From Paraspadella gotoi (lineage: Eukaryota; Animalia; Chaetognatha): a stretch of 64,000 nt of DNA. Below the pieces are notes generated by a model that searched no databases, was not told the origin of the DNA, and saw only the letters and a list, made by a program, of their open reading frames with translations. Both the position numbers and the translations under genes were made by a program. The number at the start of each line of letters is the position of its first letter. Position 1 is the stretch's first letter. Below are positions 1-13,000 of this stretch, piece after piece. The stretch covers positions 28,978,540 to 29,042,539 of the forward strand of contig CM119265.1 in the NCBI GenBank assembly GCA_051294375.1, in the 5' to 3' direction.

Positions 1-103
1 TTCTCCCTCCCTCTATCTCTTCCTTTTTCTCCCCCTCTTCCTCTCTTTTTCTCCCTTCCTTTCCTTTCTCCCCTCTTCTCCTCCCTCCCTCCCTCTCTCT
101 CAG

Positions 104-303
104 GACGACGAACGAGAGATCAACCTCCTAACGACGGCCGATTACTTTGGCGAGAGGGCGTTGGTGACTCGAGAGCCTCGTCAAGCATCAGCGGTGGCCG
201 TGGGGGAGGTGACCGTCATGGAACTCATGGTCGATGCCTTTGAGAGATTCTTGGGTCCTTGTATGGAGCTGATGAAGAAGAACATGGCCACTTATGAGGA
301 GCA

Positions 304-355
<52 letters not shown>

Positions 356-591
356 TTAGAGATAAAGAAAGACAGACTTATAATATAAAGAAAGATAGAA
401 AAACAGTCACGTCACAACCTAACATAATTAGATTTATTTATATTATATTTGAAAATAATAATAAAGTATTTATTTATTAATAAAATATTTTAATATTAAT
501 TCCTTTGTTCTTATTTCTTTGTTTCCAGGTGTCCAATATTTTTGGTGGATTGGATGATGATTCATTAACAATGGCAAGAATTTCTAAGTAA
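104..591 (+). CDS. PRKAR2: cAMP-dependent protein kinase type II regulatory subunit, last two exons (104-304, 529-591); 5' part lies outside the window
   Basis: Spliced translation [87 protein letters not shown]. It has the cNMP-binding cassette (FGE..AL...PR.AS) and the RII-type tail AFERxLGPCMExMKxNxATYEEQ. Canonical phase-0 GT-AG intron. Confidence 0.88.
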
Positions 592-3399
592 ATCTTGAAA
601 AAATAATTCAACAAAAAATAAATATTTTGAATTTTTTTATTTATTTTTTATTTCATTTTAATTTTTTTGAAATCTATCGTTTTTTAAACAGAGGGGTAAG
701 ATGTTACGCTCCTTTTGTTTTCTTCAAATATGTAAATATAGACATTTACTGTATGTTTCATTTTATTAGCTAAAAATAATATGTTATGTATCAAGATCTG
801 TTTTCATTTTTTCATCTATTTAGTAGAATACAACGTTTTTAGTAAAAAAGTTATGTTTTTTTAATTTCCTAATCAGCCAATCAGGATTTTTGTTTTTTAC
901 TTGGTAATTACTAATGGAATAAAACTTTTAGGCATTTTTTTTCAAAAATTAACCCATTTCTGTCCTTTTAATCCTGTACCTAATTTTAACAATAACATTT
1001 AACCATTATCTTGTGCCAAATCTACAAATAATAATTCTGAAATTTTAATCCCTACCCTTAACTTTATTTCTAAAGGGCTTTAACCCTAATCCATAATTCT
1101 AATGCCTAACCCTATTGCCTAACCTAAATCTTAATCCATAATTCTAATCCCTAACCCTATTGCTTAACCTAGGAGTCTACGTCGTTCTTAGAGATCGAGG
1201 AAGACTTTTTCAATGGAGATTTTCGTTCAAATCTGACTACCAAACAATATAAACGCTCCTGGTAAAAATTCTGGTAAAATATCGATGTAAAAAACACTTG
1301 ATTCTGATCCTGTTGCATCTGAAGGGCTCGCATTTTTTTTCTTTTTCAAAATCATCAACCTCTTTGATATCAACAAAGCCAGAACGGAACGGAAAAATTT
1401 TCCATCTCTGATTTTTAATAGAAATGAAAGGGATTTTTTCCTTGAAAACGATATAAACATGACTGAGGTATGTTCCTGTTCAACAAATGAGGTCCAATTT
1501 GGAATCCTTTTGGCAAAGTGTCTGAAGGGCTCTCAAAATTTTTCTTTACATTTTTATTGGTTATTTTGATATGATACGATCATGGTAAAAGTGAATTAGT
1601 CCATTTTGGTGAAATTTTTATTTAAGTAAAAGTAAAAGAAGAGCTAACGATCGGAATTCTAAGAGTTTTCAACCGGGAGTCAGATTCAGGAAAAATCTTT
1701 CTATGGCGAAAATCTTCCAAAAAGGGGTGAATTTTCCAAGATTTTGGTTAATATTTTCTATATTTATGGTCGGATTTTTTTGAAACTTAATATTAACAAT
1801 ATTGCCATCATTCTACCTTGGCCGGTTATAGAATATATTAAAAAAAACCTCAGGCTTTGTTCATCAGAGCTTAGTCCGACTTAACCTAAATCTTAATTCA
1901 TAAACCTAATCCCTAACTCTATTGCCTAACCTTAAATCTTAATCCATAAACCTTTAACCTAATCTTTAAGGATAAAAGAAACAAAAATTTGGAAATTATG
2001 CTGAAATAAGGTAATTATTGGAAAATACGGCCTTAAAGCCTAAAAGGGCAACTGCTTTAAAATTCTCTAAAAAAAAGTTTGAAAATTCTTTTTTAAAAGT
2101 TGAAGCATATATCAGTTGTTTTGTACAATAGTAAAATAATTGCCTCGTAAATTAAGAAACTCATTCAAGTGACTCGTTCTTTTTTTTTGTTTCTTTGTTT
2201 TCTTTTTTTTTTGTCGGGGGGGGAGACGGGGCTGCGAAATTCTCTCGGTGGTCCGCGTTAAGGATTGGCGATTTGGAAGTGATACAAAATTCGCGACCAC
2301 TGGATGGGTTCTACTCTTTTTTCGACTTTGGTAAAAAGATTGTAAAAATTGTATTTGGTTATAGATGTTTTTAAACCAATAAAAAAACTATAAAAAGAAA
2401 CTGCAAAAAAGAACAACAACAACAACAACAAACAACTATCTTAAAGTCGCTTTGTGAAAACCGAATTTTGTTTTTTGTTTTGTTTTAAAAAAACTTTTTT
2501 TTTTTTCTCTCTCTCTTCGCCGTGGATAATTTCTCTCGAGTACTTTTTTAACTTTTACATTTTACGTCATCGAAGATTAAAAAAAAAGGTTTTTACAGAA
2601 AAGAGTAATAAATCGTGATTAAATAATTATAATGCAATCATGTCACACAATAAACAAAATAACGAAATAAAAAATTAAAAAAAGTACTTGTAAAATTTAG
2701 GATACGAATTGCCAAATGCTAATTAACTTCCTTCTTTAAATGTTTTGTAACGAATCCATTTCTGTCTCACGTCACTAAGCGCCGACGTCGGCTTCGACCC
2801 TTCGTCTTCGACCCTTCGGCTTCGACCCTTCGGCTGGACACTCAGACCATAACGTCTGCTTACAACCGGAAGGGACAGTGGGTGAAGATATAAATTTTAT
2901 ATTGGTTGTACCAAAGTAATAAGAACAAGTAAAAATGACGTCATAAATATTGAATTCACGATCGCGGAAATTAAAATGTTCACATTTTATTGCGATTAAA
3001 TCAAAAATTGAAAAGAGTGAATCATTTGGAACAAGATCGGTTCATCCAATGGGTTTGATTGTCACGTGTATTTCCCTTAGATCACATGATATGACATGAC
3101 ATTTCATTCTTTCATTTCTTAGCCCATGTATTTATGACATGCACTGCATCGAAATTCCGTCTTTTTCTGTCCTAACAAATGAGAAAACAACTATAGGAAA
3201 ATTATAAATATTGTTAACGTAAGTGGGACAAAGCGACGGACAGACATACCGACCGACCGACAGACCGACCGAAGAGTGATTTATAGAGGCACCGCGAGTA
3301 ATCGCGGCGCACCTAAAAAGATTGAATCATTTAGAGGGAAAAACCGGAATATGTTTTTTATTCGGAGTCGTTGAATCAATTTCGGATAGAGTGTTACTC

Positions 3400-3430
<31 letters not shown>

Positions 3431-3864
3431 ACGAAAACGACGACGAACGACGACGACGACGCTCATTATAACGACGGCGATATGAGGGTACTACTGAAAA
3501 AAGTCTAATGTTCTTGTTTTTCAACTTTATTTTGTTAAAAACTAAATTGGAAATTACGAAATAAAATCGAGTACTTTTTTGCCAAAGAAAGAAAAAAATG
3601 AATGAACGGAATAAAAAATAAATTATTTTTAAAGGAAATAATGACACAAATGAAAAAAATTACGAAATAAAAAACAAAAAACGTACATGCAAACACACTG
3701 CAATATTATAAATTATAATTAAATATAATTATAAACTAATAATTACGTTTCATGTTCGGACAAAAAAGAGAATCCTCCTCCATAATTTAATTATAATTGG
3801 ATTCTGTATGAAATCAAAAAGACCACATTGGATCTTTTTTCGAGAGTGCCCCATTTCTGTTTTT

Positions 3865-4220
3865 GGCTCTCTTTTCCTAGAGTTCCCATCACTGTTTGTT
3901 TATCCCATAATTTGATTTTAGCTTAAATGAACTTGAATATGTTTTTGAACTTATAAGCTCATCCTTAACCCTAATCCCAAAGCCAAACCGAATCCTGAAC
4001 CCCAATTTTAAACCCTTATTCTTAATTGGGAACCCTAACCTCAAACCCTAACTTAAATTTCTAACCCTAATCATAAACTAAAACTCTATCCCTAATCTAA
4101 TCTAATCTAATCTCTAAACTAATTCCTAATCTAATCTCAAACTCTAACCTTTATTATAATCATTAACTAAAAAACATAATTCTCTATAAGATAAACGGGG
4201 AATTCTGGGAAAAGAAGGCC
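3865..4220. mobile_element. MITE-like element with imperfect TIRs and internal degenerate TAACCC-like repeats
   Basis: 5' ggctctcttttcctagagttcccc versus 3' ggggaattctgggaaaagaaggcc (imperfect inverted). Related copies at ~7642-7881 and ~23852-24006, partial at ~10268-10410. Confidence 0.6.
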
Positions 4221-4450
4221 CATCTTTGACTTCATTAAATCGTTTTTAACGGATCGAATTCTAGGTGACTTTCTGTCTTTCTGTCTTCTGTCTTCTGGCT
4301 TTCTGTCTTCGAGTCCGTTTGTCTCTAACTCTGTCAGACTTGTTTGAATCGGTTTGCCTGTCTATCTGTAGTATCTTTGTTCTTCTATCTAATCTATCAA
4401 CGCGCGCAGCCATAATTATTTTCTTTAAAAACCATCATTTTCAGTTTCTA

Positions 4451-6053
4451 ATGGCATCACCGTCATCGTCGCCGTCGTCGTCGTCGCCGTCATCGTCGTC
4501 GCCGTCATCGTCGTCGCCGTCGTCGTCGTCGCCGTCGTCGTCGCCCCGCTCTCTGAAGGCCGTCGTCTTGGGCGACGGAAATGTCGGCAAAACTTGTCTC
4601 CTCATTTCCTTCACGACGAACAAATTCCCTACCGACGTCGTACCGACAGTTTTTGACTCTTACATGACAGAAGGTGAGAGGGAGAGGAGGGGACGGGGAG
4701 GGGAAGGGGAAGGGAAAGGGGAAGGGATAGGGAGGGGAAGAGGAAAGGGCGGTGAGGATGGGAGAAATATTGTCTCTCTAAAGACGAGAGGTGAAAAAAA
4801 GATTTTATAACAGTATTTTGATGCTTGTGCGAAAATTCAATAGTATTTCCCGATATAATGATTAAGGGATTGGTCTTTTTACCCAATTGAAAACATTCTC
4901 CCTTCTTTTGCCCCCTCTTCCTTCCCACCCTCCCTCCATTTATCTTTCCTCCCTTCCTTCCTTACCTCTCTTCCCCCTTATTTTTCCCCCTCCCTTTTCT
5001 CCTCTTCCCTCCTTCTCTCCCCTCTCTTTTCCCCCCTTCCGCTTCGCTCCTTTCTTCCCTCCTTCTCTCCCCTCTCTTTCCCCACACCCCATTCCTCCCT
5101 CTTTCCCCTCCCTCCTCCCCTCTCTTCCCCCCACCCTCCCCTCTTTCCTTTCTCTCCCTCCCCTCTCTTTCCCCCCACCCATTCCTCCTCTTCCTCCCTC
5201 CCTCGCCCTCATCTTTCCCCACCCAACCCTTCTCCCTCTTCCCTCCCTTCCCTCCCCTCCCTCCTCCCTCCCTCTTTTCCTCCCTCAGTCATATTCGATT
5301 CTTCTCTCCGTCACTCTCGGCTTCTTCGACACTGGTGAACAAGAGACTTTCGACAACGTGCGCCATCTCGCGTACGACAGAACCGACGTCTTCATCGTTT
5401 GCTTCTCCGTCTCCTCTTCAGCCTCGTTCAGCAACGTTAAAAACAAATGGCTTCCGGAAATTCGACAATATTCGCCAGAGACACCTTTCGTCATCGTCGG
5501 CACTCAGATGGATCTCAGGTGGCGTTGAAAATAGTTTTTATTTAAATATTTTGTTTGATATTTGTAAATTAATATTTTTTTTTGGTTTTCTAAGGGAAAC
5601 CAATAACGTTAGTTTATAGTTGTTTCATTGGTTGGGCTTTCTCGTTTTAGCGATTTACTTATCCCCCGAAATATTACAATTTTGATTTCTTTTTTTCTTT
5701 CTTTTTTTTTTCTTTTTTTTCCCCCCGTCTATTTAAATATAAAGTCAATAGCATAAAAGATGCCCCTCGTTATATAGACCTCACTCTTTCGCCCCCCCAG
5801 ACACGACCCAGATACTCTCGCCCGCCTGCAAAAGCATCGCCTCCGCCCCGTCCCGCCTGATTGGGCCTCCTCCCTCGGCAAGCGATCAGGCGCCACCGCC
5901 TGCCTCGAATGTTCCGCGCTGACGATGGAGGGCGTTGCGGAAGTGTTCGACGCTGCCGTCGCTGCGTCGCAGCGGCGGCGGCGGGGGAAGGGTGGGAGGA
6001 AGAAGAAGAGGGGAGGGGAGGAAAGAGGGGAAAGAAATTGTTTGATCTTGTGA
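4451..6053 (+). CDS. Rho-family small GTPase (Cdc42/Rac-like, atypical); exons 4451-4673, 5289-5518, 5801-6053; apparent 1-nt frameshift near the start of exon 2
   Basis: G1 GDGNVGKT, effector loop [32 protein letters not shown]4 VGTQMDLR (Cdc42-like TQxD), ECSALT, then a polybasic tail and CAAX box CLIL*. Ser/Pro-rich N-terminal extension. Confidence 0.88.
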
Positions 6054-6460
6054 TGGAAGGAGGAGAATGGGAGGAAGAAGAAGAGGGGGAGGGAGAGAAA
6101 GAGAGGGAGGAAGAAAAGAGGGGAGGGATGAGAAGAGGAAGAAATTGTTTGATTTGTGATGGAAGGAGGAGAATGGGAGGAAGAAGAAGAGGGGGAGGGA
6201 GGAGAGAGAGGGAGGAAGAAGAAGAGGGAGGGGAGAGAAGAGGGAAAGAAATGTTTGATCTTGTGATGGAAGGAGGAGAATGGGAGGAAGAAGAAGAGGG
6301 GGGGGCAGGAGAAGAGAAGGAGGGAAGAGAAGAGAGGGAGGGAGAGAAGATGGAAAGAATTGTTTGATCTTGTGATGGAAGGAGGAGAATTGGGAGGGAA
6401 GAAGAAGGGGGAGGAGGAGAAGAGGGCGAGGAAGAAGAAGAGAGGGAGGGAAAGAGGGTG
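5990..6460 (+). repeat. ~105-bp purine-rich tandem repeat (4 copies) that includes the GTPase polybasic/CAAX/stop sequence
   Basis: aa(t)tgtttgat(c)ttgtgatggaagga recurs at ~6036, ~6143, ~6249 and ~6358. Confidence 0.85.
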
Positions 6461-6824
6461 AGAAAATAATAGAAAACAAAATGAGGTTTTTTGTTTACGA
6501 GGTTGTCATACTTGACATGGTTGACATGGTTGACATGCTTGACATGGTTGACATGGTTAACATGTTTAGTTTTTAATCCACTTTTTTCTTTCCTTTCAAA
6601 ATAAATTGTTAGGAAAAAAAACTAACAAAAAATTAAACCATGAACAAGAGTAAATGACTTTAATTTAATCTTGTTTAACTTTTCTTGACTAAAAAAAATG
6701 GTCAATATTAAATTTATTCTATTCCCCATTGCGTTAATGATTTTGTCAATACTCATAATACTGTTAAGTCCTCATGATATTTGAAATACAAATTTGCTTA
6801 CTAATATCGATATGTAATTTTAAT

Positions 6825-6980
6825 ATTGTCTTGATTGAAAGCTTGGAGGGACCTGCTATGTAATTATCTTGTAAGAGTGATGGAGGCCTTAAACCACCAA
6901 AGCCTGTCCAAAGTCAGGGGCAAGATAGCTTATTTATTAAATGAATGGATAATCTTTATATTGGTTGTACCAATTTCATA
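6825..6980 (-). mobile_element. Interspersed repeat, possibly a fourth solo-LTR-like family; copies at ~28030-28100, 52695-52857, 58390-58522, 59262-59430
   Basis: Shared core aagagtgatggaggccttaaaccaccaaagcctgtccaaagtcaggggcaagatagc. On the minus strand it starts TATGAAATTGGTACAACCAAT (hairpin); the longer copies end ...CAGTCTC. Confidence 0.6.
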
Positions 6981-7293
6981 ATAAAACTATTTTCTAATCA
7001 GTCAATAATATAGTTTACTCGTAAATTTAGTTAATTCGTCGAATATTTTTTCAACCCTTTCCTCTTCTCTCCTCATTCACGCGCGACCCCTACTCAAACT
7101 TCGTCGAAATCCTGAACAACTTTTGTACAAATGAACATCGAATGTCGACTTTAGTCTAACGTTTTACCCGCGTTTTTTTCTTTAGGCTATTTTAATCTTT
7201 CTTTTTTTTTTATTCCTTTGTTTTTTTTAATTGTTTATCTTGATCCTTTGTTTCTACGAATTGTTTTTTTTTGATCCTTTGTTTCTACGAATT

Positions 7294-8131
7294 ATGCCGT
7301 TTTGGCGAAAACGGAGCAGCGATGCGTCGGGACAGAGATTGGCCAATAACAAGAGGTTAGGCCAGGAGCCGAATGTGGAAATCAATTAGGGGAACTTCGT
7401 CGATTATTTGGAAAGGACTTTGGTTTGATTTAATTTTATTAGTTTTTTAATACTAAAGCTAAGTTGAAGGAAATGTAAAGTTGATTTAAAGTTAGCTTAG
7501 AGTTAGTTTAAAGTAAATATAAAGTTTATAAGCGTTTTATGTTTACTTAATTCACGATTAATCGTAAGAGAGAGAGCGAGACAATTTAACTCGCAGTCTC
7601 ACTAACGTGTGATCGTTTTCCATTTTCAATGATAACTTAGCGGCTCTCTTTTCCGAAAGTGCCCCATTTCTGTTGGTTTATTTAATATTTTATTTTATAT
7701 TCCTAATCCTAAACCCTACGCTTAATCCCTAACCCTAACTTAATCTTGAACCTTGACCCTAAAAGATTATCCTTAATTTCGAACCCAAATCCCTAACTTA
7801 AATTATTAACATTATCCCTAACCTAATCTAATCTAACCTCAAACCCACTTTTTAAATGGGGTGTTCTGGGAAAAAAAGGCCGATTTGGCCAGTTAGGTAT
7901 CGAAAACAAAACATCAGCGAAGAAACAGCAAATTGAAACAATAGCAACGAGGAAATAAGACAGCAACGAATCTCTTCTTTCTCTTTCAGTCGTCAGACGC
8001 CGGAAATTTCGATCGAAACAGCGAAAAATGAAAATGATAATCGAGAAAGCGAGGATAGAGAGCGAGACGTTAGAGAGGGAGACAAAAATCTCAATGCTGC
8101 CGACGATGGCGGGACTATGGTGAGATAGAGA

Positions 8132-8163
<32 letters not shown>

Positions 8164-9949
8164 CTTTCCCCGTTCTTACCCCAATCCAAAGCTAATGGCT
8201 TCCTCCGAGAGCGCGATCAAGCCAACTAATACGAAGCCACCGCCAAAAAGATACAGCATCAAATTAGGCCAGACGGGATCTGATATCCAGCATTTTCAGT
8301 CCAGGGTAATTCTGCAGCCTAGACCATTGATGAAACAAATTCCTTAAAATAATTTCATTTTTTTATTTTATCAGATTTAAACAAGTGAAAGTTAATTGCC
8401 TTGATTCTCTCTCTCTCTCTCTCCTCTCTTCTCTCTCTCTCCTCTCTCTCTCTCTCTCTTCTCTCTCTCTTTCTCTCTATCTCCTACTCTCTCAAGTTTT
8501 GGACAAACTCGCCAACTTCGATTGGTACTTGGAGCAAAATCAGTTCATCCTCCGTTGCCACTCGACCGGACGCGATTTGGAGGTAGGGCAGTCTGGAACG
8601 AGACTGACCCAAAGGACTGACGGACAGGAAACTGACGGACGGACCGTGTCGGGCAGAAACTATATAGAGACAAGGGACAGACCGAAGACAGAAACGAGAG
8701 ACAGAGACGGGACAAGAGAATGACCCGAAGTGAGAGAGAATGACATTGTGACAAAAAGTTTGATTGACCCACAAAAATTGAACTAGAAATATTGTTAAAA
8801 AAGAGATAAATTGTCATCCACTTTTTTCAATTAATTTTCTTCCTTTTTTGTCGTTAAAATTTTAAACTTTCCCGTGTCATCGAATTGTCGTTTGCTTCTG
8901 TCAACAAATCGTCATGATCTCTGTCATCAAGTTGTAATCCTTCCATTAAATTATCATATCCCTTTGTCATCAACATATCATTTCCTCATCAAATTATCAT
9001 TCCCCTCTGTCATCAAATCGTCATCCCCCCTTTTTTCATCCATTTGTCATCCCTCCTTCGTCATCACAAGGACTACGAAGGCGCTCTGGTCTCCGAATCT
9101 CCGCTAGAGGGCAACAAATACCAACGGTGGAGATACGAGAAAAAATCGATCATTAACGTTGGAACGGGAAAGGCCATCACATTGGTGAGAGCTTGCTGGG
9201 GATGTTGCTGTAGAAGGTCGATGCTGCAGTCGTGTGAGTTGATGATTTTTTTAATTGTATTTTATTTTTTACTTTTTTCCTTATATATTTATTTTTTCCC
9301 TTTTTTTACTCTTTCTCCTTTCTCCTTTTCTCTTATTTTCATCCTTTCCTCTTCTTTCTTCTTCCTTTTTCCTCCTTTGTAATCATTTTTCTCTTTTTCT
9401 TTGCTTTATATTCTTCCCCCTCTTCTCCGTTTTCTTCTTCCTTCCTCTCTTCCTCCTCTTCCTCATCTTGCTTTCTGCTTCCCCTTTCCTCCTCCTTCCT
9501 TCTCCTCCCCTCCTCTTCCTCCTCTTCATTTCCTCTTCCTCCTCTCCTCTTCCTTCTCTTCTTCCTTTTCCGTTTCTCCTCCTCCTCCTCCTCTTTTTCC
9601 TCCTCCTCATCCTCCCCTCCTCCTCCTTATGCTCCTCTTCATCCTCTTCCTCCTCCTCATTTCCTCCTCTCCTCTTCCTTCTCTTTCTCCTCCTCCTTTT
9701 CTCTTACTCCTCTTCCGCTCCTCCTCCTCTTCCTCCTCCCCCCTTCTTCATCGCCAGACCGGAAATGACGAGACGGATTTAGGCGTCAAAATGAAAAAGT
9801 GGAAACCAGGAAATATAGATCAGGTTTTGTCTGGTTGTGATTAATGACCCCGAGTTTTATTTTGAGTTATGGTCATTCACCTCTCTATGTTCAAGTGTTA
9901 ATCAAATAAAAATGAAGTTAAAAAAGTAAAAATGGGAGAGAATAAAGAC

Positions 9950-10036
<87 letters not shown>

Positions 10037-13000
10037 CATATATCTAAAATGAGTCATAAAAAGAAGCCGAAAACCATAAAGGAACGAACTAAACTTAACC
10101 TGAATTAAATTGGAACGACGGCTACAAAATCTATTTATAAATTGCTCACAACATTGGACACTAGAGTGGAGCACTGGGGACTAGTGAACAAACAAGGGTA
10201 TTTAGACGTGAGATAGTATGATTTTGCATATATTGTTTGGGGAACAGTATCATTTTATCATTTTTTGACACTATTTTGCGAGAGCCCCCCATTTAGATTC
10301 CTAATCCTCGAACCTCTTTCCAAGAGTGTAACCTAATCCATAATCCTTAACCCTAATCCTTAACTCTAATCCTTAACCAAAAACTCTAACACTCTAATAA
10401 TAACACTAACGATTTCGTATTCATTCATTCATTCATTCATTCATTTATTCATCAATTAATTAATTAATTCATTCATTCATTAATTCATATCGTTCAGCAA
10501 TGGATGATCATGACTTCGGGTTTCGTCGCCAAACAAGGAATTCCTTCTCTGAATCTTCAATCCGGAATTCCGGGCGACGATCTTCCTTATCATGTCGGAG
10601 TCTCATTTCGACATGCGTCTGGAGGTGGGTAGTGGGGATGGATAGAGACGGATAGGATGGAAGGATAGATGAGATAGATGGGATTGGATGGAGAGATTGG
10701 ATGAATGGATAGGAGGGATAGATGGAGGGATTTGATGGATGGAAGGATAGATGGGTGGATAGATGGGTGGATATATCGATGGATTGGATGAATGGAGAAA
10801 GAGATAAGGATGGATTGAGGGAAATTTGAATGAATGAATGAATGAATGAATGAATGAATGAATGAATGAATGAATGAATGAAGGAACGAATGAATGAATG
10901 AATATTGATTAAATCGAAAGTGGAAAAATAAATAAATGAGCTAGTTAAAGAAAACTTAATGAACTGAATCAAATATTTATTATATAATTCATTGAATCAT
11001 TAATTATTATTAATATCATTTAAAAAAAAATAAAGGCGGTGCTCAGAAGCAAATCTTTGACACTGTCCTTCTGTTTCCCCGCGGGGCGGAGATCCCCGCG
11101 GGTCTCCCAGCGGGGATGGTCGCAGTCATGGACGACGAAGGAGAGACGGCGGCTTTGTCCAAGGATGGAGAAGAGGCGCCGTTGGAGGCCGAACCGATGC
11201 CAAGAAACGACAACGAGGGCTCTGGCGGCGGAATCGTCGCCGCTGCGGTCCCGCCGATGGGCGACGACGAGGCGCTGGCCGGCGGCGGCGGCGGCGGCGG
11301 CGGAGCAGAGCCGGTTCCAGTGGCAGCGGCAGCCGCGCCTCCGATGGGCGGAGAAGGCGCCCTCGCTGGAGCAGGAGCGGGTCCTGCTGCTGGTTTGGCT
11401 GCTGGAGCCGGCGCTGGTGCGGGGGCGGCGGTGGCCGCTGCGCCGCTCGCTGGGGAAGAGGCTCTCGCAGGAGCGGCAGGGGCTGGAACTGGAGCCGCCG
11501 GTGCTGGAGCCGACGCCGCCGGGGCTGGAGCCGGAGCATTGGCCGGAGGAGCCGCCGCAGCCGGATTTGCTGGCGCTGGAGCTGGGGAGGATGAAGCGCT
11601 CGGCGCGGAAGGTGCTGGAGCGGAAGGTGCTGGTGCTGGAGCTGAAGGCGAAGGTGCTGGAGTTGAAGGTGCAGGCGTTGGAGCTGGTGGCGTGGGCTTT
11701 GCTGGAGCCGGTTTTGGCACTGGCGAGGAAGACGAGGCGCTGGCTGCTGATGGCGGTGCCGGTGCTGCTGCGGGTGAAAGTGCTGGAGCTGAAGGTGCTG
11801 GATTTGGTGGCGCTGGAGTCGACGTCGAATCGCTTGCTGGAGACGATGGTGGTGCTGGCGGTGCTGGCGGTGCTGGCGCCATGGCTGATGCTGGAGAAGT
11901 TGATGATGCCGCCCTGGCAGGAGAGAGAGTCCCGGAAGAAGCTGGCGCCGCAAACTTTGCTTATAAAGATGATGATGAGTTTGAGAAGAGTGCCGGACGC
12001 GCTGGAGGAAAACCCTGCAATTGCGAAATGATGATGGGAGGAAAGGGCAAAGAAGGGGCGGATGGATCCCAGTCGGCCGGCGGTGGCGGTAGAGGAGCTC
12101 GCAGAGAATCTGCTGGCTACACTGTGGTCGCGGAAGGACCGCTGGAAGTCACTGCAGAATCTCTGACTTCGGATGGAGAAGGGGTGGACGGAGAGTTTGG
12201 TCAGGCAGAGTCAGCAAGGGAAGCTGGAGAAGGAGGAGGAGAGATGGCGGAAGGGTTTGTGGTGTTGGCTAGCGGACCCCAGAGCAGTTTGGAAGAAGGG
12301 GAAGGGTTGGCTGGAGGAGAAGAGGACGCAGTGCTTGAAGGTGGAGGAGTGCGGAGAGGAAGAAAGTCTCAATTTGGGATGGACGAGATGGACGAAGGAG
12401 AAGGGTTGTCGGGTCATGAAGCCGACACTGTTGGCGCAGGAAGTGGGAGTATTGGTAGAGGAAGAAAGTCAATGAGGGGAATGGATGAGATGGACAAAGG
12501 AGAAGGGTTGTCGGGTCAAGAAGCCGACGCTGTTGGCGCAGGAGGTGTGGCTGTCGGTAGAGGAAGGAAGTCCATGAGAGGAATGGACGAGTTGGATCAA
12601 GGAGAGGGTCTGTCGGGCGAACAAGCCGACGCATTGGCGGCAGGAGGTTTAGCTGGAGGAAGAGGTGGAGAGAAGAGCGCCCGGCGAGCTGGAGCGGCCG
12701 ACGAGGGGGAAGAGAGCGATAGATTGAACGGAACTGACCATGATGCTTTGTCCTTTGATTCGCAAGGAGGACAAAAAGTCAAGATGGATGGGACGGATGA
12801 GAAGGATATTGTGGACGTAGAGAATGTGACAGATTCAGAAGGCGCAGAGATGCCGGGAGAAGAGTTTTCATTTGCTGAGAATTTATTGTCGGATGGAGAA
12901 AGTCTCGCGGAAGAAGACAGGCAACCTGAGAGAGAGAAAAAAACTTCTGTTATAATATGTTGTTATAAAAAGAAAGCAATATATATTTGTTTAAATAATA

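Noticed and set aside
1030-1170. TAACCC-like runs as interstitial telomere (also ~1880, 3960, 7700, 10330)
   Set aside because: Highly degenerate, and in several cases enclosed by MITE-like TIRs; better explained as transposon interior.
1227-1460. 77-aa minus-strand ORF and an overlapping frame containing NQRW
   Set aside because: No recognisable domain and no consistent exon chain could be built.
4887-5288. Pro/Leu/Ser-rich and Gly/Arg/Glu-rich ORFs (also 9255-9760, 17860-18490)
   Set aside because: Translations of intronic CT/GA low-complexity tracts that lack stop codons.
11043-11953. Long antisense ORFs (279 and 275 aa)
   Set aside because: Shadows of the GC-rich Gly/Ala exon on the plus strand.
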